Assembly (NCBI RefSeq): GCF_004010195.1
Contig: NC_057753.1
Coordinates: 6,199,520 to 6,228,096 of the forward strand
Direction: 5' to 3'
Source: Chiloscyllium plagiosum
Taxonomy: Eukaryota
Length of the DNA: 28,577 bases
Shown here: positions 11,323 to 22,621 of the stretch, piece after piece
Layout of the letters: every line of letters begins with the position of its first letter
Numbering within the stretch: the stretch's first letter is position 1
Position numbers and translations under genes: made by a program
Notes under the pieces: generated by a model
Seen by the model: the letters and a program-made list of their open reading frames with translations, nothing else
Told to the model about the DNA's origin: nothing
Database searches by the model: none

Positions 11323-11466
11323 TTGAGAGTGTGGTGCTGGAAATGCACAGCAGATCAGGCAGCATCCAATGCGCAAGATAATCGACGTTTCGAGCAAAAG
11401 CCCTTCATCAGATTCCTGTTTTGCTTTTCCAGCACCACACTCTCAACTCTAATCTCCAGCATCTGC
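11323..11466. mobile_element. Penelope-derived palindromic remnant (inverted terminal segments)
   Basis: Perfect 21-bp inverted repeat ttgagagtgtggtgctggaaa (11323-11343) / tttccagcaccacactctcaa (11426-11446). The left part is the reverse complement of the Penelope terminus at 19601-19686. Confidence 0.88.
11380..11415 (-). ncRNA. Minimal type I hammerhead ribozyme motif (Penelope-associated)
   Basis: Minus strand GGAAU CUGAUGA A GGGC UUUU GCUC GAAAC GUC GAUU: both core boxes, stem II and the GUC triplet are present. Stem I pairing is poor. Confidence 0.7.
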
Positions 11467-13029
11467 TTTCGCCTTTATCGTTCTTTAATGATTTAAATGT
11501 CTGTGGAAGATTGTTCAAAACCCTTTTGTATCAGATGTACTCTGTTATTTGCAGCTTTAAAAAGATTAGAATGTCTTATTGTAAGCTTACTCTCCAAGAT
11601 AAAAAATTAGAAGAATAGTAACATCAGTCAGGAGATGACATCTGGTCATGTGTGTTATAGTGGGATTTTTTTTCACAAAACTATTGACTGGTATCTCAGC
11701 TTTAAATTACAAATGAGACATTTATACGACTTAGTTAATTAAATGGGAATTATAAGGTGCAAAGTGTTGCTTGCTGCTTCAATTGACTTGAAACTGGGAG
11801 TCATTTAACATTATGACTATGTGGTTTAAAATGACGATTGCTCCCACCTGAAGGACATGAAATGAATCTAGCCACAAGTATCAACTACTCAGCCTTCACA
11901 ATTTGAAAGCTTTCTCACTGGTATGGAACAGAAAGTAAATGAAACTGACAGTAGAGCGAACGTTGAATGCAGAACTCCAACAAATAGATTCTGAGGAATG
12001 CAATTAGCACTTATGAACATAATCATGAGTATTGACCAGATATATTGCTTTGAAAGTAGATGTCTTCAGTATCTGAAAAGTCTGGTGCTCTTCTATTCTG
12101 GCGTGGAGCTTATTGGCTAAATGGCCACGATTTTTTTCATTTTATGGTTTGGCTTCAGCTCAGGCAGGGTCGTGGCATATTAATGATTAGCAGAAACCCC
12201 GACTAAATCACCCTACAACACAGGAATACGGAGATTAATTATGAGTGCCATACTTCAGCCAAAGGTGAGCCCACATTGACTCATTTAGATCTGTACATTG
12301 TCACATTGGGAAACAATGTGACCCAGATATCTTGCAGAAGCTGCAATGTGGCCGCGGAGGCTCAGTGTCATTGTCAGTGTATCAACACAACAGAAACTGA
12401 GCTCCACACTGTATTTCTCACAGCTTGTGTTTTCACTGGGATATCGTGAAGAAGCAGCTCTCTGTCCTATCGGTGGGAGACAACTTTCACTCATTGTGAT
12501 CTGGGTACAGACAAATTGTCAGTAGGATTTCAACGTGCAGTACAGATGGTAAAGGGGGTAGACACAGTACATCTGGTTAATGATAAGCATGATGCTTATT
12601 ATTGGAAATGTGAGAGTTTGGATTGTCCAGTTGTGTTGCCCCTGCCTCTTGCTCAGAAGATTTGGACTGAACACTCTCTCCATGTTCGTTGTAAAATGTC
12701 TGAACAGGTTGATACAAAATAATTGTCAATGTAAATCTGAGGGGTCCTGTCGTTTATTGGTCGTGACTTAATTCTGGACAAGAAATTCTATTGGTTCAAA
12801 ACACAAAAGCCACAGACGTTTGACACAACATACCTGAAATACAATTCTATACTCAGCTTCGGTCTGACCTCATGCAACTTCCTCAACTGAATATCGCCAG
12901 TCGAACAGAAGTCATTGCAAAAGAGTTCTGACATAAATTGAGGTGAAAATAAACAGATTGGGTGGCACTGAAAATAACAAGGAAAGCTCAATTTAGTCCA
13001 TCAGAAACGGTTATAGAGAAAATTTCTGT

Positions 13030-13175
13030 AATGTCCAGAGATATGCAAGCTAGATGAATTGGTCATGACAAGGTAGTATTACAGGGACAGGGTATGGGAA
13101 TGAGTCTTGGTGGTACTGCTCAGAGGGTCGGTGTGGACTCGAAGGTTGAATTCCAGACTGCATGGATTCTGTGAA
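13030..13175 (+). mobile_element. HE1-like SINE 3' fragment
   Basis: tgtccagagatatgcaagctagatgaattggtcatg...gctcagagggtcggtgtggactcg...ggattctgtga. Confidence 0.7.
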
Positions 13176-13459
13176 TAAAGGGGTTCAGATGCTTTCTATT
13201 TTACTTTAATATTGTAACACACGCTAAGTGTATCCAAGCAAACCAGTATCAGAGGGAATCCTAAGTGACAGAAAAAAGGAAGATCTGATTGCACTAATAA
13301 TTACATTGGAGAAGCTACATTTATTTACATGCACAGTGCAATAGTTTTATCGGCAGAATGGGCATGTTCGCACATTACATCTTTTTACATGAGGAAAGGG
13401 GAATGGAGATGGCCAATCCATGTAGAAACCATATGAAAATGCCTGACACACCAGTCTTT

Positions 13460-13773
13460 TTACATGCTGGTAGCTGGGCAATTCTCCTCTCAACTGTTCA
13501 ATTTTCCACAATCTTATACCCCCCAAAGCATCAGATTGTGTCTTTGTCTTTTAAGATTATCAATATATTAAATCCAAACTGGATTGGAGTTAGAGTGTAT
13601 ATTTAAATTGATCGGCTTAATTCAATCTGTTTTTGTCTCCAGGCAACTAACTACCCAAGCTACCCCAATGGTTGGATCACATGTTTACATTATATCTTAT
13701 TGAGAACACTTGGTGCTGCCACTGCGAGGTTTTAACTCTCTTAAAAGTAAGGTACACCCACATCTTCATAACA
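13460..13773. repeat. Diverged LTR-like repeat, copy 2 (may extend left to about 13213)
   Basis: Colinear similarity with 9459-9763; ends ...cacccacatcttcataaca. Confidence 0.85.
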
Positions 13774-13799
13774 TTACATATTTCTACAAGATCCCTCAT

Positions 13800-14176
13800 C
13801 AGTCTCTAACACTCGACTTAAGGAATACTAGCTTGCCCGCTCTGCCGAACGGAGACTGCATTTTCAATGAACAATGCCATTGTCCTGTTTGGTCCCTCTG
13901 TTGCACAACATTCCTCAGTATCTCACCATTTGCTGTTTATTTCTGACCGTGATTTGACTTTATAAAGTGCAACATTTCACACTTTTTTATATTGAATTGC
14001 ATTTGCGAATCCGAGGCACAGTTCCCCATCTGATCAATATCTCCTTTATGTTTTGATGGACTTCCTCGCTATCAATATTGCCTCCTAAATTTGTATCATG
14101 TACATACATACGAAACCTGTCTTCTAAGTTCGCAAACAGATCAAATATGCAAATCAAAAAGGTCCCAACACCAATC
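13800..14176 (-). mobile_element. CR1 LINE RT fragment
   Basis: Homologous to 10330-10670 (aaagtgcaacatttcac, attgaattgcatttgc, aaatttgtatcatg, ggtcccaacaccaatc). Confidence 0.7.
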
Positions 14177-14261
14177 TTCTTTCTTTTGTTGTATTTTGAT
14201 AATCGTACAGAGAGAAAACGTGTTTTGTTTCAAATCCGGTAATGTGATAAATTGAATAGCA

Positions 14262-17200
14262 TTTGGAACACAACGCCTTCGGCATGCCTTCTAAAATAAG
14301 AAACATGTCATGGTTTCAGCACTCTTGGTGGGTAAACGAGGCTTCATATTTGTGCGGTCGCTTAAACCGGGATACTACTCGGGTAGTGTCTTCCACCCGT
14401 ACTCCTCCTCCCTCTCTAAACAAAACAAGTTTATGTGCGCCGTATTGGTAAGGGGACCACATTTTTTTTTATTTTTGTTCGTTTTTCTGTCGTCTCGTTG
14501 GGAATTTAGAACAGTGCAAATGGAGGTTAGGGAAGTTGAATGTTTTTCCTGCAGAATGTGAGAAGTTAGATTCCCCAGTAGTGTCCCTGCTGACTGCATC
14601 TGTGGTAAGTACACCAAAGTCAAGTTCCTTGAAAACTGTGTCAGGGAACTGAAGCTGAAGCTGGAGCTGGATGACCTTCTGATTGAGAGGAGTAACAGCG
14701 AGGTCGTCATACCTCAGGTAAAAGTATAAGTTACATGGGTTACCACTGGGGTGCAGAAAGGGAACCGACAAGCAGTGTATACAGCCCCTGTGGCCTTTCC
14801 ACTCAACAACAATTTTTGGATACTGTTGCGGGGAGACAACATGGCAGGGGTAAACAATGGGGCATAGGTCTCTGGCACAGAGTCTGTCCCTGCTCAGAAA
14901 CGAAGTGGCAACATGAGCAGAGCATTTGTTATTGGCTACTTTATAGTTAGTGGGGCAGAGAGCAGGTTCTGTGGGAAAAGAAAAGACTCACGATTGGTGT
15001 CTTGCCTCCCAGGTGCCAGGGCTTGTGATGTCTCTGATCGCGTCTTCAGGTTCATTGAGGTGGAGCGGCAGCAGCCCCAAGTTTTGTTCCACACATGTAC
15101 CAAGGACACAGGTAGGAAGAGAGATGGGGATTTAACGCTGAAATTCAGGGACCTAGGATGGAAGCATAGAGCTAGGTCAAACAGAGTTGTTATGTCTTTT
15201 TTTTTTGCCCGTGCCACGTGCGAGCGAGGTGAGAGATAGAGGAAGAGTGCAGTTGAACACGTGGCTACAGGGATAGTGCAGGAGGGAGGGTTTTGGATTC
15301 GAGGATATTTGGTGGTCGTTCTGGGTAGGTGAGACCTTTACAAACAAGTTAAACGTTACCTGAACCAGAGGGGTGCCCATATTCTGGGGACGGGGCAGGA
15401 ATTTGCGAATACTCTTTGAGAGGATTTAAACTAATTCAGCAATGGGATGTCAACCGTAAATCTAGTATACAGGAGGTTGAGAGTAGTGAGGTCAGAAATA
15501 AGGTTTCACGGTCGCAAGTGGGCACCAGCAAGCAACAAATTGGTTTGGAGTATGTCTACTACACCACCAGGAGCATCTGGAAGAAGCTGGATGACCTTGC
15601 AGCGCGGGTTGGTAATTCAGATATCAATGTTGTAGCCGTTTCGGAGACATGGTGGAGAAGGGACAGGCATGGTCATTGCAGATTCCAGAACTTCGATATT
15701 TCAGTAATAACAGAGAAAATGGTTAAAAAAAGGTGGGGGGGGGGGGGGGGGAGAGGGAGGGGGAGTGACATTGTTAGTCAAGGACAGTATTACAGTTGCA
15801 AAAAGGACGTTTGACGACTCGTCTCCTGAGGCAATATGTGCTGAGGTCGGAAATGGGAAAAGAGAGTTGGGAATTTTCTATAGGCCTCCGAAAAGGGCCA
15901 AAAACGCAGCGGAAAGAATGGCAAAGCTTATCCATGATAGGTCCGAGAGTGGCAGGGTAGTTGTTATGAAGAATTTCAACTTTCCAAATATTGACGGAGA
16001 ATGCTATTGTTCAAGTAGTTTAAGTGGTTCATTTCTTGTCCAATGTGTTCAGGACCCTTGCCTGACACAATATATAGTCAGGGCAACAAGGGACAAGACC
16101 ACATTAGATTTACTACCGGGTCATCGACCTAGCCATGTATTAGATTGGAAGTTGGTGAGCACTTTGGTAATAGTGACCACAATTCGCTTTTGTTTAATTT
16201 AGTCGTGGAAAGGGACAGGTAAAAACTACAGGACACGAATTATAGCTGGCGGGAAGGCAACTACGATGCGATCACACAAGGTGTAGGGTGCATGGGATGG
16301 GGAACACAACTGTAGGAGATGGCAGAAATCGAAATGTCGAACTTATTCATTGAACAGCTACAGCGGATCCTCGATAAGTGTGCACCTGTCAGGCAGGAAG
16401 GAAGTTATCGAGCGCGTGAGCCATGGTTTACCAGGGAAGTTGAATCTTTTATCAAGAGTAAAATTTCTGTTGGGATGAGATGTGATGGCTCGGGTAGGGC
16501 GCTTGAGAGCTATAAGTTAGCCAGGAAAGACCGAAATAGAGAGCTAAGAAAAGCCAGGATGGGACATCAGAATTCGGCGGATAGGATCAAGCAAAATTCT
16601 AAGGCTTTCAATAGGTATATCAGGAATAAAAGTATGATTACAGTAAGATTAGGGACGGTCAAGCATTTAGTGCAAAGTTGTGTGCGGAGTCGAAGGAGAT
16701 GGGGAAACGCATTAAATGAATACATTTCTTCTGTATTCGCACAGGAAAAATAGAATGTTTTCGCGGAGAATATTAAGATACAGTTTACTCGACGAGATGG
16801 GATTGAGGTTCACAAGGAGGAGGTGTAATAAATTCTGGAAAGTGTAACAAGTAGCCACGTCCCCTGAGCCGGATGGGAGTAATTCTAGGATTCTCTGGGA
16901 AGCCAGGGAGGAGATTGTAGAGCCTTTGCCTATGATCTTAATGTCGTCATTTTCTACGAGAATAGGGCCATAAAACGGAACGATAGCAAATATTGTTCCT
17001 TTTTTCAAGAAGCGGAGAAGGGACAACGTTGATAATTGTAGACCAGTGAGCTTACTTCAGTTGTGGTAAAGTCAGTACGGTTTTGTGAAGGATATGTTGT
17101 GCCTCACAAACCTTATTGAGTTTTTGAGAAGGTGAATAACCACTGGTTGAAGTTAAAGCAGTTGATGTGGTGTTTATGAGATTCCCCACGTAAACTACTA

Positions 17201-18258
17201 CACAAAATATGGAGGCATGGGATTGCGGGTGATTTAGTGGTTTGAATGAGGAATTGCCGAGCTGAAAAAAGGAAGAGGATGGTGGTTGATGGGAAATAGT
17301 CATCCTTGAGTTCAGTTCATATTGGTGTAATGCAAAGATCAGTTTTAGGTCAACTGCTGTTTGTAATTTTTATAAAATATCTGGATGAGGGCAAAGAAGG
17401 ATTGTTTAGTAAATTTAAGGAGAACACTAAGTTCATTGGGGTTGTGCGTAGTGACGAATGATGTTGCAGGTTACAAAGGGACACAGATAAGCTGCGGAGC
17501 CTGGTTGAGAAATGGCAACCAGAGTGAGGTGATAAACTTTGGGAGGAGTAACATGAATGCAGGTTATTGGGCTGATGATAAGATGCTTGCCATGTAGACG
17601 AGCAGAGGGATCTCGGTGTCCAGGTCCATTGAAACTTGAAAATCGTGCCCAGGTGTATAGGGTTGTTACGAAGGCATGCAGTGTATTACCTTTTGTTGGT
17701 ATTGAGTTTCTGAACCATGAGGTAATGCTGCCAATCAACAAAACGCTGGTGTGGCTGCACTTGGAGTATTGTGTCCAGTTCTGGTCTCCACATTAAAGGA
17801 AGGATGTGTAAGTTTTAGAAAGCTTTCAGGGGAGATTTAGTAGGATATTGCCTGGTATGGAGGGAAGGTCTTACAAGGAAAAACGGAGGGACTTGAGCCT
17901 GTTTACGTTAGGGAGAAGAAGGTTTTGGGGGATGACTTACTTGAGACATATAAGATAATCAGAGGGTTGTAATGGGTTGACAGCGAGAGCCTATTTTCCT
18001 CAAATGGTTATGGCTAGCACGAGGGAACACAATTTTAAATGGAGTTTTGATAGATATAGGACATATTTCAGAGGTAGTTTCTTTACACAGAGAGTAGTAG
18101 GGGCGTGGAAAGCACTACCTGCAACAATAGTAGACTCGCCTGCTTTTGGATAGACATATGGACGTGAATGGAATAGTGCAGGTTAGATGAACCTCAGATT
18201 GATTTTACTTGTCGTTGCAGCATCGAGGGCAGAAGGGCCTGTAATGTTCTATGTTTTA
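14262..18258 (+). mobile_element. Near full-length decayed CR1 LINE: 5' UTR, ORF1 (zinc finger/leucine zipper plus SGNH esterase), ORF2 (APE plus RT) and tail
   Basis: ORF1 from ATG 14520 'MEVREVECFSCRM*...ADCICGKY..VKFLENCVRELKL.LELDDL'; esterase 'RAFVIGYFIVSG...RLVSCLPGARACDVSDRV...VLFHTCTKD'; APE 'VVAVSETW', 'GIFYRPP', 'NFNFPNID'; RT; 'HLEYCVQFWSPH'; tail gaagggcctgtaatgttctatgtt. The 5' boundary is approximate. Confidence 0.93.
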
Positions 18259-18727
18259 AGATTCCTTCAGCCTCCGGCAGTAGAGACAAAACAACCAGGG
18301 ATTTAGTAACTTTTTTTAATTAGCTCATAATCTCTCATCCAGGCAACATTCTGGTAAGCCTCATCTACAACCTTTCAGAAGCCTTCACATCATTTCCGTG
18401 GTGTGGCGTCCATCAATGGCCATAATACTCTTAGTATGACATAACCAAAGGCTGATAACGCTGCAATGTGACATCCTCGCTGTTGTAATGAATTCCCCAA
18501 ATAAAGAAGTCAACCATGTCATTCATTGTTTTTATCACCCTAACTACTTTCAGAGAGCTATGGACTTGAACCCCAAAGTCCTTCTGCACATTAATGCCTT
18601 TCAGGCCCTGCCTGACGTATATACTTTTCCTTAGCAGTGATTTCCCCAAAGTGAAGCACCTCACACTGACCTGGATGAAACGTCGTCTGCCATTTATCTG
18701 ACCATACTTGCAACCGATCTATATATG

Positions 18728-19686
18728 TTACCACGTGGTTGAAGATGCCCTCCAAAGCATCTCATCCAAATCCCGCACCTCCGCCCTCAAATCCCACCCC
18801 TCCAACGGGAACAAGGACAGGAACACCCGAGCCATCACCTTCCAACCGACAAACCTTCGCATAAACCGCGACATTTCCGCCACCTCCAAACGCCAACCCT
18901 ACTACAGGGATATATTTCACTTCCCACCCCTTTCCGCTTTCCGCAAATACTGTTCCCTCCATAACTACCTGGTCAGGTCCACGCCCACTAACAGCTCACA
19001 CTCCCCTCCTGATACCTTCCCCTTCCACCGCTGGAATTGCAAAACCTGCGTCAACACCTCCTCCCTCACCTCCATCCAAAGCCCCAAAGCAAAAGTCTAC
19101 ATCCATCAAAGTTTCACCTTCACATCCATCAATTTCATTTATTGCATCTGTTGCTCCCAATGTGGTCTCCTCTATATTTTGGAGACTTGATGCGTTCTTA
19201 CAGAGCGCTTTAAGTGACATCTCACTGACACCCGCACTAAACAACCCCACCTCACCGTGGCCCAACATTTCAACTCGTCCTCCCACTCTGCCGAGTACAT
19301 GCATGCCCTGGGAATTCTCCACTGCCTGTCCCTCACCACCCCATGCCTGGAGGAAGGACATCAATGTGGACTTCTCCAATTTCCTCATTTCCCCTCCCAC
19401 CACCTTATTGCAGTTCCAAGCTTCCAGCTCAGTACCATCCTCATGACAGGTCCTGCCTGCGAATCATCACTCGCACCTAACCGCTTCACCTTCCATTCTG
19501 ACCTATCACCTTCATCCCCACTCCCATCCACCGACTGTACCTTGTCCCCAGCCCGACCTCCCTCCCATTTATCTCTCCACTCTGGAGGCTCCCTGCCTTC
19601 AGTCCTGGTGAAGGGCTTTTGCCCGAAATGTCGATTCTCCTGCTCCTCGGATGCTGTCTGATCGGCTGTGCTTTTCCAGCACCACG
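18728..19686 (+). mobile_element. Penelope-like element, 5'-truncated, with GIY-YIG endonuclease remnant
   Basis: ORF 18708-19190 'PPLSAFRK..SL.NYLVRS...TFP....CKTC...FTFTSINFIYCICCSQCGLLYILET' is the Penelope Cys linker plus GIY-YIG motif; C-rich UTR; hammerhead-bearing terminus. Confidence 0.92.
19601..19636 (+). ncRNA. Degenerate minimal hammerhead ribozyme at the Penelope terminus
   Basis: AGUC CUGGUGA A GGGC UUUU GCCC GAAAU GUC GAUU: stems I and II pair, but CUGAUGA has become CUGGUGA and GAAAC has become GAAAU. Confidence 0.65.
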
Positions 19687-20801
19687 CTAACCTAGATTAT
19701 ATACATTATGAGAATAATCTATGCTTTCCACAACTGTACGAGTCTTTGTAACATGAGCAGACATACTAACCCACCCTTCTACGTTTTCATTCACGTCCTT
19801 GATAAAGATCACAATAAGCAGAGGTCTTAGTACAGATTCCAATGTAACACCACGAGTCATGCATCTCTGGCTAGAAAACAGAACAAATCCTTCCACAACT
19901 ACCCTGCGATGTCTGTGGGCAAGCCAATTCTGAATCCATGTGGCGAACACACTGTGCATTTCTGTGTTCTGGATGAGCATTCGGTGAAGGACCTCGTAGA
20001 AGGCCATAAACTCCATGTGGACAATACCTAATGTTCAATGCTTATCCATTACCTCGTCACCTCTGCGAGAAGTTCAACAAAGTTAGAACATCATGACGTG
20101 CCGAGTGCAAAGAAAAGCTGACCCACCCTAATTAGGTCCTGCTTTTCCAAATGAGGGCAAATCCCATCCCTAAGAATTCTCTGGAATGGCTTCCCAATGA
20201 CCGATGTGAGACTCAATGTTCTATAGGTTGTTGAATTATACCGATTATGCTTCTTCAAAGAGGGTCAACATTTGCTACTTGCTTTCGTTTTCACATCCCC
20301 AGGATGCATTTATCCATGTCCAACAACATGGCCAAGGAAGAAAACTTCGATTTTGGCAAATTCACTTTTAACAAGGCTTACCACCAAGCCTGCCTTCAAA
20401 AGTCGAACGAATAAGTCCGATAAATGTTGTAAGTGTTCCTTCCATGACTGCCTAAAAATCACCAGGCCATCCAGGTAAACAACACAATTGGCTAACCCGG
20501 CAATGATCTTATTAGTAAGTCTGAAAAGTGGCTGGAGCTGTTTTTCATACCAAATGGCATTTCTCTGAACTGATATAGTCTATTTGGCGTTACGGGAGCC
20601 TAAATTGTCTTTGGTCTCTCTGACAGAGGTACTGGACAGTAGCCTCTGAGCAAGTTCAACTAAGAACTGTGAATTTCTTGTCCCGCTTTTTCAACACAGC
20701 CCTCTAACCGTTGAATTGGATACTCATCCGTCTTTGTAACAGCATTGCCTTTGTGATCATCCACACACAACCATTGGTTACATTCCGGCATTGGCAGCAT
20801 G

Positions 20802-21212
20802 NNNNNNNNNNNNNNNNNNNNNNNNNNNNNNNNNNNNNNNNNNNNNNNNNNNNNNNNNNNNNNNNNNNNNNNNNNNNNNNNNNNNNNNNNNNNNNNNNNN
20901 NNNNNNNNNNNNNNNNNNNNNNNNNNNNNNNNNNNNNNNNNNNNNNNNNNNNNNNNNNNNNNNNNNNNNNNNNNNNNNNNNNNNNNNNNNNNNNNNNNNN
21001 NNNNNNNNNNNNNNNNNNNNNNNNNNNNNNNNNNNNNNNNNNNNNNNNNNNNNNNNNNNNNNNNNNNNNNNNNNNNNNNNNNNNNNNNNNNNNNNNNNNN
21101 NNNNNNNNNNNNNNNNNNNNNNNNNNNNNNNNNNNNNNNNNNNNNNNNNNNNNNNNNNNNNNNNNNNNNNNNNNNNNNNNNNNNNNNNNNNNNNNNNNNN
21201 NNNNNNNNNNNN
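20802..21212. other. Assembly gap (411 N)
   Basis: Run of N. Confidence 1.
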
Positions 21213-21934
21213 TTATGCCATCTTGGAGCATGCGCTCTATCTACAACTGGACCTGTGCCAACTTCACAGAGTTATGCCTTTTCGGATGTTGCTTACTAGG
21301 AACAGCGTCTCCTATCTCTAAGTCATGCACATTAAGGTATGTACTTCTCAGTTTATTTCCGCACATCTCCCCATGTGTTCGTAATAAATATTTGAGGTCA
21401 TTTCGATTTTCTTGCGGAAGGTAACTTAATAATTTATCCCAATGTTTGACAACCTCCTCATTTTTCAATCTGATTTGAAGAATGTCCAATTCAGAGTCCT
21501 ATGAACTTAGTTCCTCTTTCTGTATTATAATCATTTCCTTTTCCTCTCGGCTTCCTTCCCTGTCAATATACCTTTGGAGCATATTCACATGACACACTCG
21601 TTCCTGTCTGGAGTCCTTATCAAGTAGCTCACTTCACTCAAATTCCTCTCGATTTGTTACGGACCACCTGTTACTGGAAATAATACCAATAACTTATCCC
21701 AAATTGCAAAATTGCGAATTAGGATTTCGTATTAGCTTCATGTTTCATTGTATGCTGTGATAATTTTAAATGTTGTCTATACAACTCTATTTACTCGTTC
21801 TCTAAAAGTCGACACGTAGTCCAAATAGGTAGTCACTGAATTCTGACTTATTAATTTCACCTTAATCAATTTTAACTGTCCTCTTACTTCATGTCCAAAA
21901 GGTAATTAAAAGGGACAGAATTTGAGTCTCAAAT

Positions 21935-22621
21935 CGTGTACTGAGATCAACATAGCTCACAATGCTGGCAAGACCGAGGACTTTTGGCGGCATGTTAAAG
22001 TATCAAGCTCCTGGCAGTGGTCATCCACAACAAGCTTTCTTGGACTCTTTAAAGGACGCAGTGGTTGCAAAGGCCCAACAACGTCTCTTCTTCATCAAGT
22101 AGCTGAGGAAATTTAGAATGACGCTGAATACCCTTGCCAACTTTGCGCCATAGAGAGCATTCTGTCTGCATGTATCGCTACCTGGTACGTCAGCTGTATC
22201 GTTCAAGATCAGAGACGGTTACAGAGCGTGCTGAGCTCGACCCGGGCAATCACAAAGGCCAACCTCCCATCTCCAGAATCCATCTAGATGCCCGCTGTCA
22301 AGGAAAGCCCGCCAGTATTCTCAAATATCCATCCCACCCTGGCAATTCTTTTACACAACCCCAACAATCGGGAATAAGGTACAGCAGCCTGAACACATGC
22401 ATCAGCCGGTTTCATAACGGTTTCTACCCGACTGTTGTTGCAATATTGAATGGACTCGTAAATTCTTAACATTCACTTGTACCTGTGCTGTGTTTTGCCG
22501 CTATTTAACTAATATTAACTTGTCTATGGTACTTAGCTCTTTGATCTGCCTGTATTGCTCGCAAGACAACGTTTCCACTGTGCCTCGGTACATGTGACAA
22601 TAAATTCAATTCAATTCAATT
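21935..22621 (+). mobile_element. Rex1/Babar-type LINE 3' end inserted in the Gypsy integrase
   Basis: 'AKAQQRLFFIK*LRKF.M...TLANF/AIESILSACIATWY.SC..QDQRRLQ' is the Rex1 C-terminal region; AATAAA followed by an (ATTCA)n tail at about 22599-22621. Confidence 0.9.

Larger units (their letters stand above)
18262..20276 (-). mobile_element. CR1 LINE ORF2 fragment, split by a Penelope insertion
   Basis: Minus ORF 19687-20016 'WIQNWLAHRHRRVVVEG...RGVTLESVLRPLLIVIFIKDVNENVEGWVSMSAHVTK' (RT) continues on the other side of the insertion as 18431-18664 'QKDFGVQVHSSLKV'. Confidence 0.88.

Noticed and set aside
12300..12322. Perfect hairpin gtcacattg-ggaaa-caatgtgac
   Set aside because: A 9-bp stem is expected about once by chance in 28 kb, and there is no supporting context.
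12200..13000. Short ORFs in apparently unique sequence
   Set aside because: All under 70 aa with no recognisable domain or splice pattern.
13332..13370. CACAGTG heptamer as a V(D)J recombination signal (also at 27852)
   Set aside because: No nonamer at 12 or 23 spacing and no Ig/TCR segment nearby.
15735..15764. G-run as a functional G-quadruplex
   Set aside because: It is an expansion of the glycine codons of the CR1 endonuclease 'RGGGVALL' motif in a dead element.
20704..21424. Long ORFs spanning the second gap
   Set aside because: Artefacts of N runs; only the minus-strand flanks are real Gypsy RT remnants.
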